Part shown: positions 17,768-28,552 of the stretch, in pieces
Layout of the letters: the number at the start of each line of letters is the position of its first letter
Numbering within the stretch: the first letter of the stretch is position 1
NCBI GenBank assembly: GCA_043754535.1
Contig: JAYUUN010000036.1
Span: forward strand, 1 to 49,487
Direction of reading: 5' to 3'
Length of the DNA stretch: 49,487 nucleotides
Source of the DNA: Chloroflexota bacterium
Lineage (GTDB): Bacteria > Chloroflexota > Chloroflexia > QHBQ01
Translations under genes and position numbers: made by a program
Notes under the pieces: model-generated
Seen by the model: the letters and a program-made list of their open reading frames with translations, nothing else
Database searches by the model: none
Told to the model about the DNA's origin: nothing

Positions 17768-19111
17768 ATGCAGACCAAAGAACGCCCTGGCGACGAGGTG
17801 GCGAACGTAGAGCTAGTTAGTACCGACCAGGTAACGGGGGCGGCCAGTCCCCTGCAGCGCGCCTTCCTAGGGGTTAGCCTCGGCATCTGGGTAGTGATCG
17901 TTGGCACGGTGATGATGCGCGTCGGTGGCTCGGCAGCGGGCCTGATGCTCCAGTTTCTACTCGACCAGAAGTTCCGCCTGGACTCGGCCCTGGTCGGGGT
18001 AATCGGTGTGGCCTTCTACATCAGCGAACTGGTGGGCGCGCCGTACTTCGGCACGCGGGTGGATCACGACGGCTGGAAGCCATACCTAGTGGCTGGCCCG
18101 ATCCTCGGCATCCTCTTTTCCATCCTCACCGGAGCTACTGTGCTGCTCCCGCTGTTCCTGGTGGTGCCAGCCCTGTTCCTCGTGCGGCTGCTGGGGGGGC
18201 TGGGGACGGCGGTCAACGCACCCTCCTCGCTGGCCTTCCTCTCAGCGGCTAGCGGCCAAGACCCGAAGGTAAGGGCGCGGGCGGTCGGCTACTTCGAGTT
18301 GGCTGTCGTTGGCGGGGCTGCGCTCGGTGCGCTGGTCGGCGGTTTCCTCTGGGACGGTCTGGCAGTATGGGGCTTCGGCATCCTTGCCGTCCTCTATGCA
18401 GCGACGGCAGGGCTGCTGCTGCTGGTGCCAAAGAGCCTGCCAGGGACAGAACGCAGGGTGGGCGAACACCCCAACCCCTGGGGTGTCTTGCGTCTGCCTA
18501 CGCTCTATCGCTTCGCCCCCGCCTGGATTGCGGTTAATGGCATCCTGGGAGTGTGGCTCAACAACTTCCCCAACCAGCTTGGTAAGAGCGACAGCCACTT
18601 CCCTGAGCAACTGCTGGTGGGTGGCTACAGCGCAGGGACGGCTGGCTACATCCTGGGCGCAATCGCAGGGCTACTGGGGCTGGGCATCATCCTCTGGTCG
18701 CAGGTGCTACACCGCTTCAAGCAGAGCAATGTGATGCTGATCTCCCTCGGCGGCGCACTGATCGTCTGCGCCTTCATGTTCTTGCTCAACCACCAGGTGC
18801 GTGGGCAAGGACTGATGGTGCTGCTACCGCTGATCGCCCTGGTCGGGGTGGGCCTTCTGATCATGAGCGGCTTCACCCCGGCTGCTCTCAGCATCCTGAT
18901 CGAGATCGCCGAACGGAACGCCACCGACCGGGGGACGGTAATGGGGGCGTACTCGGTGCTGCTCGGCCTCGGTCAGTTCCTCGGCGGCGCACTGGGTGGC
19001 ATCTTCGCCCAGTGGCTGGGGGTAGACGGTCTGGTGATCCTCACCGCCTGCTTTGCCCTGGTCGCGGGCGGCTCAGTCGTCTACTGGCGGCAGCACGAGG
19101 CGCAGGTCTGA
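17768..19111 (+). CDS. MFS transporter, paralog of 9078..10424
   Basis: About 12 TM segments; shares SGFTPAAL and RGTVMG motifs with the other MFS. Confidence 0.87.
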   Translation: MQTKERPGDEVANVELVSTDQVTGAASPLQRAFLGVSLGIWVVIVGTVMMRVGGSAAGLMLQFLLDQKFRLDSALVGVIGVAFYISELVGAPYFGTRVDHDGWKPYLVAGPILGILFSILTGATVLLPLFLVVPALFLVRLLGGLGTAVNAPSSLAFLSAASGQDPKVRARAVGYFELAVVGGAALGALVGGFLWDGLAVWGFGILAVLYAATAGLLLLVPKSLPGTERRVGEHPNPWGVLRLPTLYRFAPAWIAVNGILGVWLNNFPNQLGKSDSHFPEQLLVGGYSAGTAGYILGAIAGLLGLGIILWSQVLHRFKQSNVMLISLGGALIVCAFMFLLNHQVRGQGLMVLLPLIALVGVGLLIMSGFTPAALSILIEIAERNATDRGTVMGAYSVLLGLGQFLGGALGGIFAQWLGVDGLVILTACFALVAGGSVVYWRQHEAQV

Positions 19112-19144
19112 CCTAGATAGGTAACCCGGTTTGGCTACACAAGG

Positions 19145-19172
19145 AAGGGCGCGTCCGGCTGGGCGCGCCCTT
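19145..19172. terminator. Hairpin between the convergent MFS and LysM genes
   Basis: AAGGGCGCGTCC-ggct-GGGCGCGCCCTT. Confidence 0.7.
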
Positions 19173-19201
19173 GTTCTATCTCGCTGGCTAGCAAGCCGCT
19201 C

Positions 19202-20617
19202 TCACCAGTGCGTATGCACGGGGGTGCCGACCGAAGCCCAGTCGAACATCCACTTGGCGGCGGCGACCGAGAGGTTGACGCAGCCGTGACTCTGTGGCGT
19301 GCCGAGGTTGTTGTTCCAAGGTGCGCCGTGGATCGCGTAGCCTCCATAGAAGTACATCGTCGAGGGGACGTAGGCAATATTGTAGCCGGGGCCGCTCATC
19401 GAGGTCGAGACATACTTGACGTAGATGGCGTAGTCACCAACTACTGTCGGGTGGGAGCGTACTCCCGTGCTGACGATGGTGCTGAACACAGCCGTGTCAC
19501 CCTCATAGGCTGTGAGCCGCTGCTTGCTGATGTCTACGTCGATCCACCTGCCGCCCGCGTTGGTAACAGGCGCAGGGCGGCGATCCTCATCTGGTGCAGC
19601 CCTCTTCGGCACACTCTTGGGCTTGACGGCAGGCTGGGGCGCAGGTGGGCGCACAGCAGAGGCGGCTTGCCCAGCAGCGGGGACGTTCAAGACCTGACCA
19701 ACGTAAATCACATTCTCGTCGTCAAGGCCGTTAGCGCGGGCCAGTGCCTCTGCACTGAGGCCGTAACCAGTAGAGATGCGACTAAGATTGTCGCCCGGCT
19801 GCACAGTGTAGTGGGTAGCCAAGGTTGGGGCGGGCTTCGCTTCAGCAACCGTCGCTGCTACTGACTTCGCTTCAGCAGCCTTCGCCTCCACCGACACAGC
19901 AGGCTTCGCTGCTAGTGGGGCGGCCTGTTCGGGCGCAACGGCCAGCGCGGCCCGGTTGCCATTGCGGGCGGGCAGCGTGAGAGTTTGGCCGACCTGGATC
20001 AGGTTGGGGTCTGTAATGCGATTAGCGGCAGCCACAGCCTCTACACTAACTCCATAGCGGGCGGCAAGGTTGCTCAGGTTGTCGCCCGTCTGCACCACAT
20101 AACGGCTATCCACGTTGGCAACATCCAGAGGCTGGGCAGGCGCGGCTTTGGCAGCAGGCACAGCAGCCTTCACTTCAGCGACAGCAGGGGCTATACCTTT
20201 TACTACGGCAGCGGGAGCGGCGAGGGGCTGTTTGGCCGAGACTAGCAAGGTAGTAGAGGCAGGGATTACCAGTTGGTCGCCTGCTGCCAGCTTGTCGCTG
20301 GCCTTAAGGCCGTTGACGGTGAGCAGGCTGGCGGTTGTAACCCCAAAGCGCGCAGCTACGCTCTCGCTGGTGTCGCCCGCAGCAGCAATATAGACCACCT
20401 GGCCGCTCCCTTGTGGGGCGTAGAGGCCACCAGCAAAGCCACCATTATCATCAATTATGAAGGCTGCCTGTTGCAAATCAGGCGAGATCGTACCCAACTC
20501 CACCGCTTGGGTGGTGGCAGGAGCCTGGCGCAGCAATAGACCACTGCCCAGCCCAGCGATCAGCAGGGTAGCAAGAGTCAAGGCAAACAGAGGGTAGAGG
20601 TGACGACGAAACATCAT
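19202..20617 (-). CDS. Secreted LysM (x3) L,D-transpeptidase (YkuD domain)
   Basis: Signal/TM N-terminus, three LysM repeats ([17 protein letters not shown] etc.), YkuD motif AIHGAPW...SHGCVN. Confidence 0.92.
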   Translation of the reverse strand: MMFRRHLYPLFALTLATLLIAGLGSGLLLRQAPATTQAVELGTISPDLQQAAFIIDDNGGFAGGLYAPQGSGQVVYIAAAGDTSESVAARFGVTTASLLTVNGLKASDKLAAGDQLVIPASTTLLVSAKQPLAAPAAVVKGIAPAVAEVKAAVPAAKAAPAQPLDVANVDSRYVVQTGDNLSNLAARYGVSVEAVAAANRITDPNLIQVGQTLTLPARNGNRAALAVAPEQAAPLAAKPAVSVEAKAAEAKSVAATVAEAKPAPTLATHYTVQPGDNLSRISTGYGLSAEALARANGLDDENVIYVGQVLNVPAAGQAASAVRPPAPQPAVKPKSVPKRAAPDEDRRPAPVTNAGGRWIDVDISKQRLTAYEGDTAVFSTIVSTGVRSHPTVVGDYAIYVKYVSTSMSGPGYNIAYVPSTMYFYGGYAIHGAPWNNNLGTPQSHGCVNLSVAAAKWMFDWASVGTPVHTHW

Positions 20618-20649
20618 AGTCTCCTATGCGGGTATATTGGCCCATTTAC

Positions 20650-20679
20650 ATAATACTGCAACAAGCCGTCAGTTGTCAA
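20650..20679 (-). promoter_or_regulatory. Promoter of the LysM-YkuD gene
   Basis: TTGACA-18 bp-TATTAT on the minus strand, ~30 nt upstream of the start; AGGAG RBS. Confidence 0.7.
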
Positions 20680-20812
20680 TAGCATAGCTGATGCGGAGCG
20701 TGGTTGCTCTGACCTGTAGGCAAGCGACAAGTGGGGGATGAGCAGCAGTTGGCGCACACCGATCAAACCGCCTGCTTAGAGCATGGTCTAATGCAAGACT
20801 AACCAGATCGCT

Positions 20813-20842
20813 TTGACGTGGATTGTGAAAAATTGTTATAAT
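20813..20842 (+). promoter_or_regulatory. Strong housekeeping-type promoter facing the sigma gene, ~540 nt upstream of it
   Basis: TTGACG-18 bp-TATAAT with extended TG. Confidence 0.7.
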
Positions 20843-21079
20843 TGTGTTAGCTGGCAATTCCCACTTATCTGATGCCACACAACTGCGCTGATGGGTGATG
20901 CTGGGCAAGTTAAAGGCTGCTCAACGCAAGGCTAGTGTGGGTAGGAGGGGGAGTTCAGCGCAGCTTGGCTGGGCAGAGCAGCAGTACGCCTGGCCCACTG
21001 ATAATCCATGTGGGGCGAGAGTTTGCGAATTAGAGTCTGATTAGAAGCCTTGATCAACAACCTATGAACTGGGAAGAAC

Positions 21080-21108
21080 TGAAACCCCTGTGTGCAAAAA
21101 GACGTTAT
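21080..21108 (+). promoter_or_regulatory. ECF-sigma-type promoter upstream of the sigma-70 gene
   Basis: TGAAAC-17 bp-CGTTAT, resembling the AAC...CGT ECF consensus. Confidence 0.5.
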
Positions 21109-21381
21109 AACAGTAGAGTACGCCCAGCAGCAGTCGCCAATGATGACCGCCGAAGCTGGGCCGTCGCAATTTTAGCTGCCAGGGGCAGGTTGCGGCCCAC
21201 CTTGCCAGGGGGGGTACGTCCATTGGCAAGTGATCGCCATGCAGAAGCGAGTTGGGGCAGCAAGGATTGCTGCTCTGAGTGAGTAGAGCGTGGCTATTTT
21301 GTAGGACTCAAGGGCAGAGTGGCTGCTGCGCTGAGGTTGGCCTCAGACGCGAGCATCCTGGCCCCGCAAGAGGAGCATACT

Positions 21382-22380
<999 letters not shown>

Positions 22381-22407
22381 CTGCGACCACAAGATTTCTT
22401 TCCGCCA

Positions 22408-22436
22408 GGGGTTGCGCCTCAACGCAACCTCTTTTT
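22408..22436 (+). terminator. Intrinsic terminator after the sigma gene
   Basis: GGGGTTGCG-cctcaa-CGCAACCTC followed by TTTTT. Confidence 0.8.
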
Positions 22437-22572
22437 GGTAGGTCTGTGGCAGTGTGTAAAATATTTGTAACATCTTGTGCAATCTGGGCCATTTGCGCTT
22501 TATCATCCAGCCCCTTGGTGGTATCATCTGTCCTTCAACGACCGATCACCATCCAACTAGGGGGATATAAAG

Positions 22573-23844
22573 ATGCACAAGAGCAAGTGGGTGCTAGCAG
22601 CCGTGTTGCTGCTCACTGTGATGCTGTTCAATGGCACCGCCACCAGCACCGCCCAAACAACCTGGCCCGGCCAGTGGCCTAAGTACCGCCTCAGCCAGAA
22701 CAACAACGCCGTCTGGACGAGCAATGGGGCAAGTGGCGCACGCTGGAAGACACACGTGGGCGCGATTTTCTTCACCACCGCCAGCGTAGTGGATGGGGTA
22801 GTCTACATCGGCACCCAGGATAACAAGATAATGGCCCTCGACGCTAGTAGCGGCAAGCTGCTGTGGACAACCGCAGTCAATAACTGGATCATGAGCGACA
22901 TTATCGTGGCTGACGGCAAGGTGTTCGCAGGTAGCGGTGACCGCAACTTCAAGCGCGATTACGTAGACGACGACGCAGAGAAGCAGACGCTGGTACGTGG
23001 GCAGGGCGACAACTCTATGTACGCCCTTGACGCTAAGACAGGCAAGGCAATCTGGGAGTACCGCACGGTTGGCGAGAATATGCCGACGATGATCTACAAG
23101 AACGGCACGCTCTACTTCGCCAATGGTGACCGCAACTTCTACGCCCTCAACGCCAACGACGGCAGCCTGCTCTGGAAGCTGAGCATGGCCTCCTACTTCA
23201 GTATGTCATCGCTCAACCTCGTCGGCGACATTGCCTACATCGGTGGGGCCGACCCCAACTACTTCTATGCAGTCGACTTGAAGAACCACGAGTTGGTTTG
23301 GGCTAGCGACACCAGCAACGTCGAGGTGGGCGGCATTGACGACTGCTCGGCGGCCTATGAGGATGGGATGTTGTTCACCAACTCTGTTACCAGCCTCAGC
23401 GAGGACGGTGGCTTCGGTGGTCACGGCAGCTACGCGATCAACGCCGCCAGTGGCAAGTTCACTTGGACGTTCGACGAGGGCAGCGGCCCTATGGTGGAGG
23501 ACAATAAGTGTGGCGTGCCAGTGGTGCAGAGCGGAGTAGTCTACATGGGCAGCCCGGTTACGCAAGCCTTCTACGCGCTGGACGCAAAGAGCGGCAAGCA
23601 GTTGTGGAAGTTCGGTGGCACAGGGGTGATCAAGGGCGCACCAGTGGTGTATAATGGGGTGGTCTACTTCACCAATGTGCGCGGCACCCTCTACGCCGTA
23701 GATGCACAGAGCGGCAAGCAGATCGCCAAGCGCGACCTCGGTGGCCGCGTCAGCCCCAATGGGCCGGTGCTGGTCAATGGTAGCCTCTACATTGGCACCC
23801 AGGCTGGAGATATGTACGCAATCCCGATCAGCGACCTGCACTAA
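22573..23844 (+). CDS. Secreted PQQ-like (BamB-like) beta-propeller repeat protein
   Basis: Signal peptide; repeated YALDAxxGKxxW motifs. Confidence 0.88.
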   Translation: MHKSKWVLAAVLLLTVMLFNGTATSTAQTTWPGQWPKYRLSQNNNAVWTSNGASGARWKTHVGAIFFTTASVVDGVVYIGTQDNKIMALDASSGKLLWTTAVNNWIMSDIIVADGKVFAGSGDRNFKRDYVDDDAEKQTLVRGQGDNSMYALDAKTGKAIWEYRTVGENMPTMIYKNGTLYFANGDRNFYALNANDGSLLWKLSMASYFSMSSLNLVGDIAYIGGADPNYFYAVDLKNHELVWASDTSNVEVGGIDDCSAAYEDGMLFTNSVTSLSEDGGFGGHGSYAINAASGKFTWTFDEGSGPMVEDNKCGVPVVQSGVVYMGSPVTQAFYALDAKSGKQLWKFGGTGVIKGAPVVYNGVVYFTNVRGTLYAVDAQSGKQIAKRDLGGRVSPNGPVLVNGSLYIGTQAGDMYAIPISDLH

Positions 23845-23878
23845 TCGGCCTCAAAGCGGGGCAAAGGAGAGAGCTAAG

Positions 23879-25222
23879 GTGGGCAGCCAGAATCTTGACG
23901 AGAACGCTGGTCTTCCTCACGACCTGGGCAATGGACTGATCCTGCGCTGGGCTACGGCGGCGGACATGGAAACGATAGCGACACACAACGTTCGCTACCT
24001 GAGCAACAACCCCGACGAGCCAGAGGAGAGTCTGCGCGAGTGGACGTATAGCCTGATGGATGGTAGCCACCCTACTACCCGCGCAGGCGACTTCACCATC
24101 GTGGTGGACGAGCAGGAGGGCGGCAAAGTAGTATCCAGCCTCTGCCTGATTTCGCAGACCTGGGCCTACGACGGGTTGCCGTTCAAGGTAGGCCGCCCGG
24201 AGATAGTCAGCACCGATCCCGCCTATCGCCGTCGCGGGCTGATCCGAGCGCAGTTTGCCGCCATCCACGCTCGCAGTGCGGCACGGGGCGAATTGTTGCA
24301 GGTGATTGACGGTATTGCCTGGTACTACCGCCAATTTGGCTACGAGATGACGGTGGCGCGGGGTGGCAGCCGCCGCTGGCTGCCCTTCCGCATCCCCTCG
24401 CGCCAACCCGACGAGCCAGCCGCCTATAACCTGCGCCGCGCCACCGCCGAGGACATCCCGCTCTTGAGCGAACTCTACGCCGTGCATTGTAGTGGCGGCC
24501 TACTAACGAGATTGCGCGATGAGGCAGAATGGCAGTACGAGATCAGCTACAAGCACTTCTGGATCGTGGAGCAGCTAGCAGGCGCAGCAGTAGGCTACGC
24601 CGAGGCGCGCGTCAGTGAGGGTAGCCAGGACCCAGAGATGCTGCGGGTCTTCGACATCACCGAAATGGCAGTGCTGCCAGGCCATTCGCTGCGGGCGGTG
24701 GCCTTGTTTCTCGGTCAGGAGTTCCAGGCCCAGCTTGAGCAGTTGAACCAGAGCCGCAGCCAGCCGCTAAGCAGCCTCCTGCTCAACCTGGGCCTGTCGC
24801 ACCCTGCCTACACTGCCCTGGGCGAACTGCTGGAACAGCAGCGTCCCTTCTACGCCTGGTATGTGCGCGTGCCTGACCTACCAGCATTCATGTGCCACAT
24901 CGCACCCGTGCTGGAGCAGCGGCTGGCTGCCAGCGTAATGGCTGGACATAGTGGCACCCTGCGGCTGAACTTCTACCAGCAGCAGATGACGCTGGTCTTC
25001 AAGGCCGGTAGCTTGAGCGAGGTCGGTACCTTTACGCCAGCGCAAGTTGAAGACGGTGATGCCCGCTTCCCTAACCTGACTTTCCTCCATGTACTGCTGG
25101 GCCACCGCACGGCAGCCGAGGTAAACCACATCTATCCAGACTGCTACGCCAGTCCCGCCGCCGCTGTGCTGCTCAACATCCTGTTCCCCCAGCAGCTATC
25201 GAACCCAATACCGCTCTACTAG
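23879..25222 (+). CDS. GNAT-family acetyltransferase (Eis-like architecture)
   Basis: VSTDPAYRRRGL and YYRQFGY motifs; AAGGAG RBS before GTG 23879. Confidence 0.8.
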   Translation: MGSQNLDENAGLPHDLGNGLILRWATAADMETIATHNVRYLSNNPDEPEESLREWTYSLMDGSHPTTRAGDFTIVVDEQEGGKVVSSLCLISQTWAYDGLPFKVGRPEIVSTDPAYRRRGLIRAQFAAIHARSAARGELLQVIDGIAWYYRQFGYEMTVARGGSRRWLPFRIPSRQPDEPAAYNLRRATAEDIPLLSELYAVHCSGGLLTRLRDEAEWQYEISYKHFWIVEQLAGAAVGYAEARVSEGSQDPEMLRVFDITEMAVLPGHSLRAVALFLGQEFQAQLEQLNQSRSQPLSSLLLNLGLSHPAYTALGELLEQQRPFYAWYVRVPDLPAFMCHIAPVLEQRLAASVMAGHSGTLRLNFYQQQMTLVFKAGSLSEVGTFTPAQVEDGDARFPNLTFLHVLLGHRTAAEVNHIYPDCYASPAAAVLLNILFPQQLSNPIPLY

Positions 25223-25258
25223 CAGTTGCAGACTTCATGGCAGCATAGTAGGGCCGCC

Positions 25259-27439
25259 TCACTTCGCCAGGCGCACTGCGCCCAACTCCACCTCACCGCC
25301 CCTGCCGCCCTGCAAGCGCGCCCCGCTGCTCTGCACATAGAAGCCAATCACCAGGCGGTAGCCGTCGGCGGGCAAGTCGGCAGGGAGGTCGAGGTCTTGC
25401 TCGTCCACCACAAGCTGCTCTGACTGCCAACTGCTGGTTGGTAGGCTACCACTGCGCGGCTGGGTGTCGCGTTGGGCCACGATTTTACCATTGCGATCCA
25501 GCAGGTGGACGAAGACGGTGTAATCGGCCTTCAGCGGTAGGTCGCACCGCCAGTAGAGGGTGAGCGGTAGCTGACTACCCGGTGGTTGGCGATCCGGTAG
25601 GTCGGCTCCAAGCAGGGTCACACTACCGCCCCCAGCCTCGCTCAGAGTTACAGTCAGCGGGCGGCGGGCGTTCAAGCTGGCGGCGGTGGGTGGCTGGTAG
25701 CCCGTGCGGTAGATGCTGATCGCTGGGCCAGGATGCTCCTTGCTGCGCGGGAAGTCGGCGGCCCGCAACGCTGCATGGTTGCTGGCAAAGTCGGCCTGTG
25801 CGCCCTTGTCAGCCAGGATCAGGTAGTCGAAGCGGTTGCTAGCATACCAGGCCAACGGGTGGCTAAGCACGCTGTCGCCCCCTTGCACCAGGTAGCGGTC
25901 GCTGGGCAGCAGCAGCGAAAAGGGTTCGAGCCACAACTTCGCCCCCCTACCCTGCTGGTCGAGCCAGGTGCGGGCGAGTGTGCGGTTGTCGATCTGCGTG
26001 TTCTTCCAGCCGTTCTGCACCGCTGTCATCGTCGGGGCCACTACCGTCAGCAGAGTCATCAGTACCAACCCTCCAACCGTTGCTCTTTGGGATATGTGCT
26101 TGCCGAGCAGCCGCCAATCGTGCGCTCGCAGGTGAGCGTAGGCGTACGCAAGCGGCAGCGAAGCCAGGATCGCCACGAAAGGCAGCATTGGCAGGAGGTT
26201 ACGTAGAAAATTGACCTTGTAGCCGCTGAGGGTAAGATAGTAGATGAGCGGAAAACTGAGCAGCAGCAAATCCGCCCGCCGATGGCGCAGCAAGGCAATG
26301 CCTACGCCAACCAGACCAAGCAAGGTTACCAACGTGTCACTGGTGAGTAGGGCAGTAAGATAGTATTTCCAATTCTCGTCGCCCTCGAACCCAGGGTGGC
26401 CGGTGAACTTATAATGAGTGACCACCGACCCTACCTCGTTGAGGAACTGCGGAACATTGCCGAGCAAGGTAGGGGTAGTGAGCAAGAAGCTAGCGATCAT
26501 CGCCAGCAAGCCCAGCCACAGCCGCCCGCCCAGCACCCTGCGCCACTGCCAGCCGCCCGCATAAGCATGGGCCAATAGGAACGGCAGCACAATCAGCACG
26601 CTATTATACTTGCTGCCCAACGCCAGCCCCATGCTGACCCCCAGCAGCAGATAGTAGCCAGCCGAGCGCAATTCGCCCCCGGTCAACGCTTCGCTCGCAG
26701 AGGATGGTTGGGCTGGCAGCGACTCGCCCATTATAGCAGGGAACAGCCCACAGATCAGGGCGAAGGCCAACGCAGTAAAGAAGCTAGCTGGCACATCGGT
26801 GGTGATGAATTGTGAGTTGACGATGTGGATGCTGCTGCTAGCGATGAAGGCAGCCGCCGCCAGACCCGCCACTGCGCCGTACAGCCGCTTGGCAGCCCCG
26901 TAAGTAGCCACGATAGTGCAGCAGCCCAGCACCACGGTCAGCAGTCGCCCCCAGAGGTAGAAGTCGGTGGCATTGACCTTCGTGATGTCGGTGGCGGTAC
27001 CATTGGAGACCAGGGCAAGGTAGCGCAGGCTGTAGAGAGCGGCCTGCATATAGTAGTAGAGGTGAGGATAAGTGTAGTAGTGGGGGTTGAGGTCGCCAGT
27101 TTGCAGCATCTTGAGCGACTTATCGGCCACGCTCGGCTCGTCAGGCTGGTCGGTGTAGGGCAGGCCGAAGCCAACCCCCAACAGGCGCACTGCCAGGCCC
27201 AGCCCGACGAGCAGGGCAAGCGTGGCCCACTCTTGATGCTGCCAGAGCCAGGCAGGCCAGCGGTCGGCCCGCAGCAGCAGCAGCAGGTTGACCGCCAGCA
27301 GACCCGTCAGCCCGATCAGCAGCAGCCGCCCGCCGCCCGCCAGCAACGAGAGGTAGAGTGCGCCCACCAGTAGCCCTGCTAGTGGTGAAAGCCATCGCCT
27401 GTTCCCCTCAACCAGCCGTTCAAACATCCGCACCCTCAA
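25259..27439 (-). CDS. GT-C (family 39/ArnT-like) membrane glycosyltransferase with C-terminal extracellular domain
   Basis: QPDEP, YPHLY, ITTDVP, SKYN motifs; multi-TM; C-terminal LTLYW...YTVFVHLLD...AQRD domain. Confidence 0.82.
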   Translation of the reverse strand: MRVRMFERLVEGNRRWLSPLAGLLVGALYLSLLAGGGRLLLIGLTGLLAVNLLLLLRADRWPAWLWQHQEWATLALLVGLGLAVRLLGVGFGLPYTDQPDEPSVADKSLKMLQTGDLNPHYYTYPHLYYYMQAALYSLRYLALVSNGTATDITKVNATDFYLWGRLLTVVLGCCTIVATYGAAKRLYGAVAGLAAAAFIASSSIHIVNSQFITTDVPASFFTALAFALICGLFPAIMGESLPAQPSSASEALTGGELRSAGYYLLLGVSMGLALGSKYNSVLIVLPFLLAHAYAGGWQWRRVLGGRLWLGLLAMIASFLLTTPTLLGNVPQFLNEVGSVVTHYKFTGHPGFEGDENWKYYLTALLTSDTLVTLLGLVGVGIALLRHRRADLLLLSFPLIYYLTLSGYKVNFLRNLLPMLPFVAILASLPLAYAYAHLRAHDWRLLGKHISQRATVGGLVLMTLLTVVAPTMTAVQNGWKNTQIDNRTLARTWLDQQGRGAKLWLEPFSLLLPSDRYLVQGGDSVLSHPLAWYASNRFDYLILADKGAQADFASNHAALRAADFPRSKEHPGPAISIYRTGYQPPTAASLNARRPLTVTLSEAGGGSVTLLGADLPDRQPPGSQLPLTLYWRCDLPLKADYTVFVHLLDRNGKIVAQRDTQPRSGSLPTSSWQSEQLVVDEQDLDLPADLPADGYRLVIGFYVQSSGARLQGGRGGEVELGAVRLAK

Positions 27440-27472
27440 TCCTTAACTTAACTGCGGAGAGGCCAGCCGCGT

Positions 27473-28357
27473 CTAGCCATGCAGAGCCGCAACCCGCGCC
27501 TGAGCTTGGGCAACGAAGGCCGCATCCTTGACTGAAGGGAGATTGATCTCGGCGTTTGCTAGTGCGCCCTTGATCGCAGCTTCGGCCAGCAGCCTTGCCA
27601 CGTAAGCGTCGCTAGCAGCGTTGGGGTTGCCCTTCTCCTGAGCGGTGGCAGCCAGCGGCAGCAGCCTGGCGGCGGCCTCGGCGGTTAGTATAGGCACTGC
27701 GGTAGCTTGCTGCAAGGCGGCCTGGATCGCAGTGCTGCGGGCGGCCTTCTCCTCGTCCGATCCCTTCGCCAGCTTGTAGGCTGCGATTACTGCGTTGTAG
27801 GCAGCGGTATCCTCCTCCATCAGGCGGCTGAGGTCGGCACGGCCAGCTTCGGCAGCGGTCAGCGTGGCCCGCAACTCTGCGTCAGCAGCAGCAAACTTCT
27901 CGTTGCCAATGCTGAGGTTGCAAACCATGCTAACCAGCCCAGCAGCCATTGCCCCTGCGAGGGCGGCCACGCTCCCCCCACCCGGCGCGGGCGAATTGGA
28001 AGCCAGTTCGTCGAGGAAACGGCTGACACTCATCTCACTAAGCAACTTGGATGCTCCTTTATCTTGCTTGCGCTTACGTACTCCCTGCTCACGCGGGGGG
28101 GTCGGATTGGGGACAAACTGGCGGCAGAGGGCTAGCTTCTGGCTGCGGGTTAGCTGCTTGATCGCGTACTCGCGTCGTTGGGCCGCCACCTTGTCGGCTA
28201 GCTCCTCGTAGTAAGCAAGGGCAACTGGCAGGCGCGCCTTCGTGTACTTCGCGCCCCGACCCGCATTGTGGACGGCCAGGCGGTGCGCCAGGTCGTTCGT
28301 CCAGCCAGTATAGAGGCTGCGGTCGGCACAACGCAGGATGTAGACATAAGCAGTCAC
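27473..28357 (-). CDS. In-frame fusion of a GIY-YIG nuclease (UPF0213/YhbQ-like) and a cyclodeaminase/cyclohydrolase (FchA/FTCD C-terminal-like) domain
   Basis: [17 protein letters not shown]...GAKYTKAR, then [19 protein letters not shown]...GNPNAASD; internal AAGGAG plus TTG at 28045. Confidence 0.85.
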   Translation of the reverse strand: MTAYVYILRCADRSLYTGWTNDLAHRLAVHNAGRGAKYTKARLPVALAYYEELADKVAAQRREYAIKQLTRSQKLALCRQFVPNPTPPREQGVRKRKQDKGASKLLSEMSVSRFLDELASNSPAPGGGSVAALAGAMAAGLVSMVCNLSIGNEKFAAADAELRATLTAAEAGRADLSRLMEEDTAAYNAVIAAYKLAKGSDEEKAARSTAIQAALQQATAVPILTAEAAARLLPLAATAQEKGNPNAASDAYVARLLAEAAIKGALANAEINLPSVKDAAFVAQAQARVAALHG

Positions 28358-28366
28358 TTGCGGGCT

Positions 28367-28395
28367 ATTTTACCTTGCGCGGGGGAGGGTGTCAA
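28367..28395 (-). promoter_or_regulatory. Promoter giving a near-leaderless transcript of the GIY-YIG fusion
   Basis: TTGACA-17 bp-TAAAAT ending 9 nt before GTG 28357; no RBS present. Confidence 0.65.
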
Positions 28396-28552
28396 CCACA
28401 GTTGTTGCACCGATCAAGTGGCACTGGGGTTACTGCGCTATGTGTGAAGGCGACACGATAATCGGCAGCACCGGCCCACAGGTTGCGTTCTACTTGAGCA
28501 ACGGACGCACTGCCAGCACCGAAACCAAGGCTAGTTGGCGGTTCCCTCAACC

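Noticed and set aside
20840..20960. c-di-AMP (ydaO) riboswitch upstream of the LysM gene (minus-strand CGCTGAAC...GCCAGCTAAC) or a c-di-GMP-I-like ACGCAAGGC on the plus strand
   Set aside because: The other conserved core elements are missing, and the LysM gene has its own promoter downstream of this segment.
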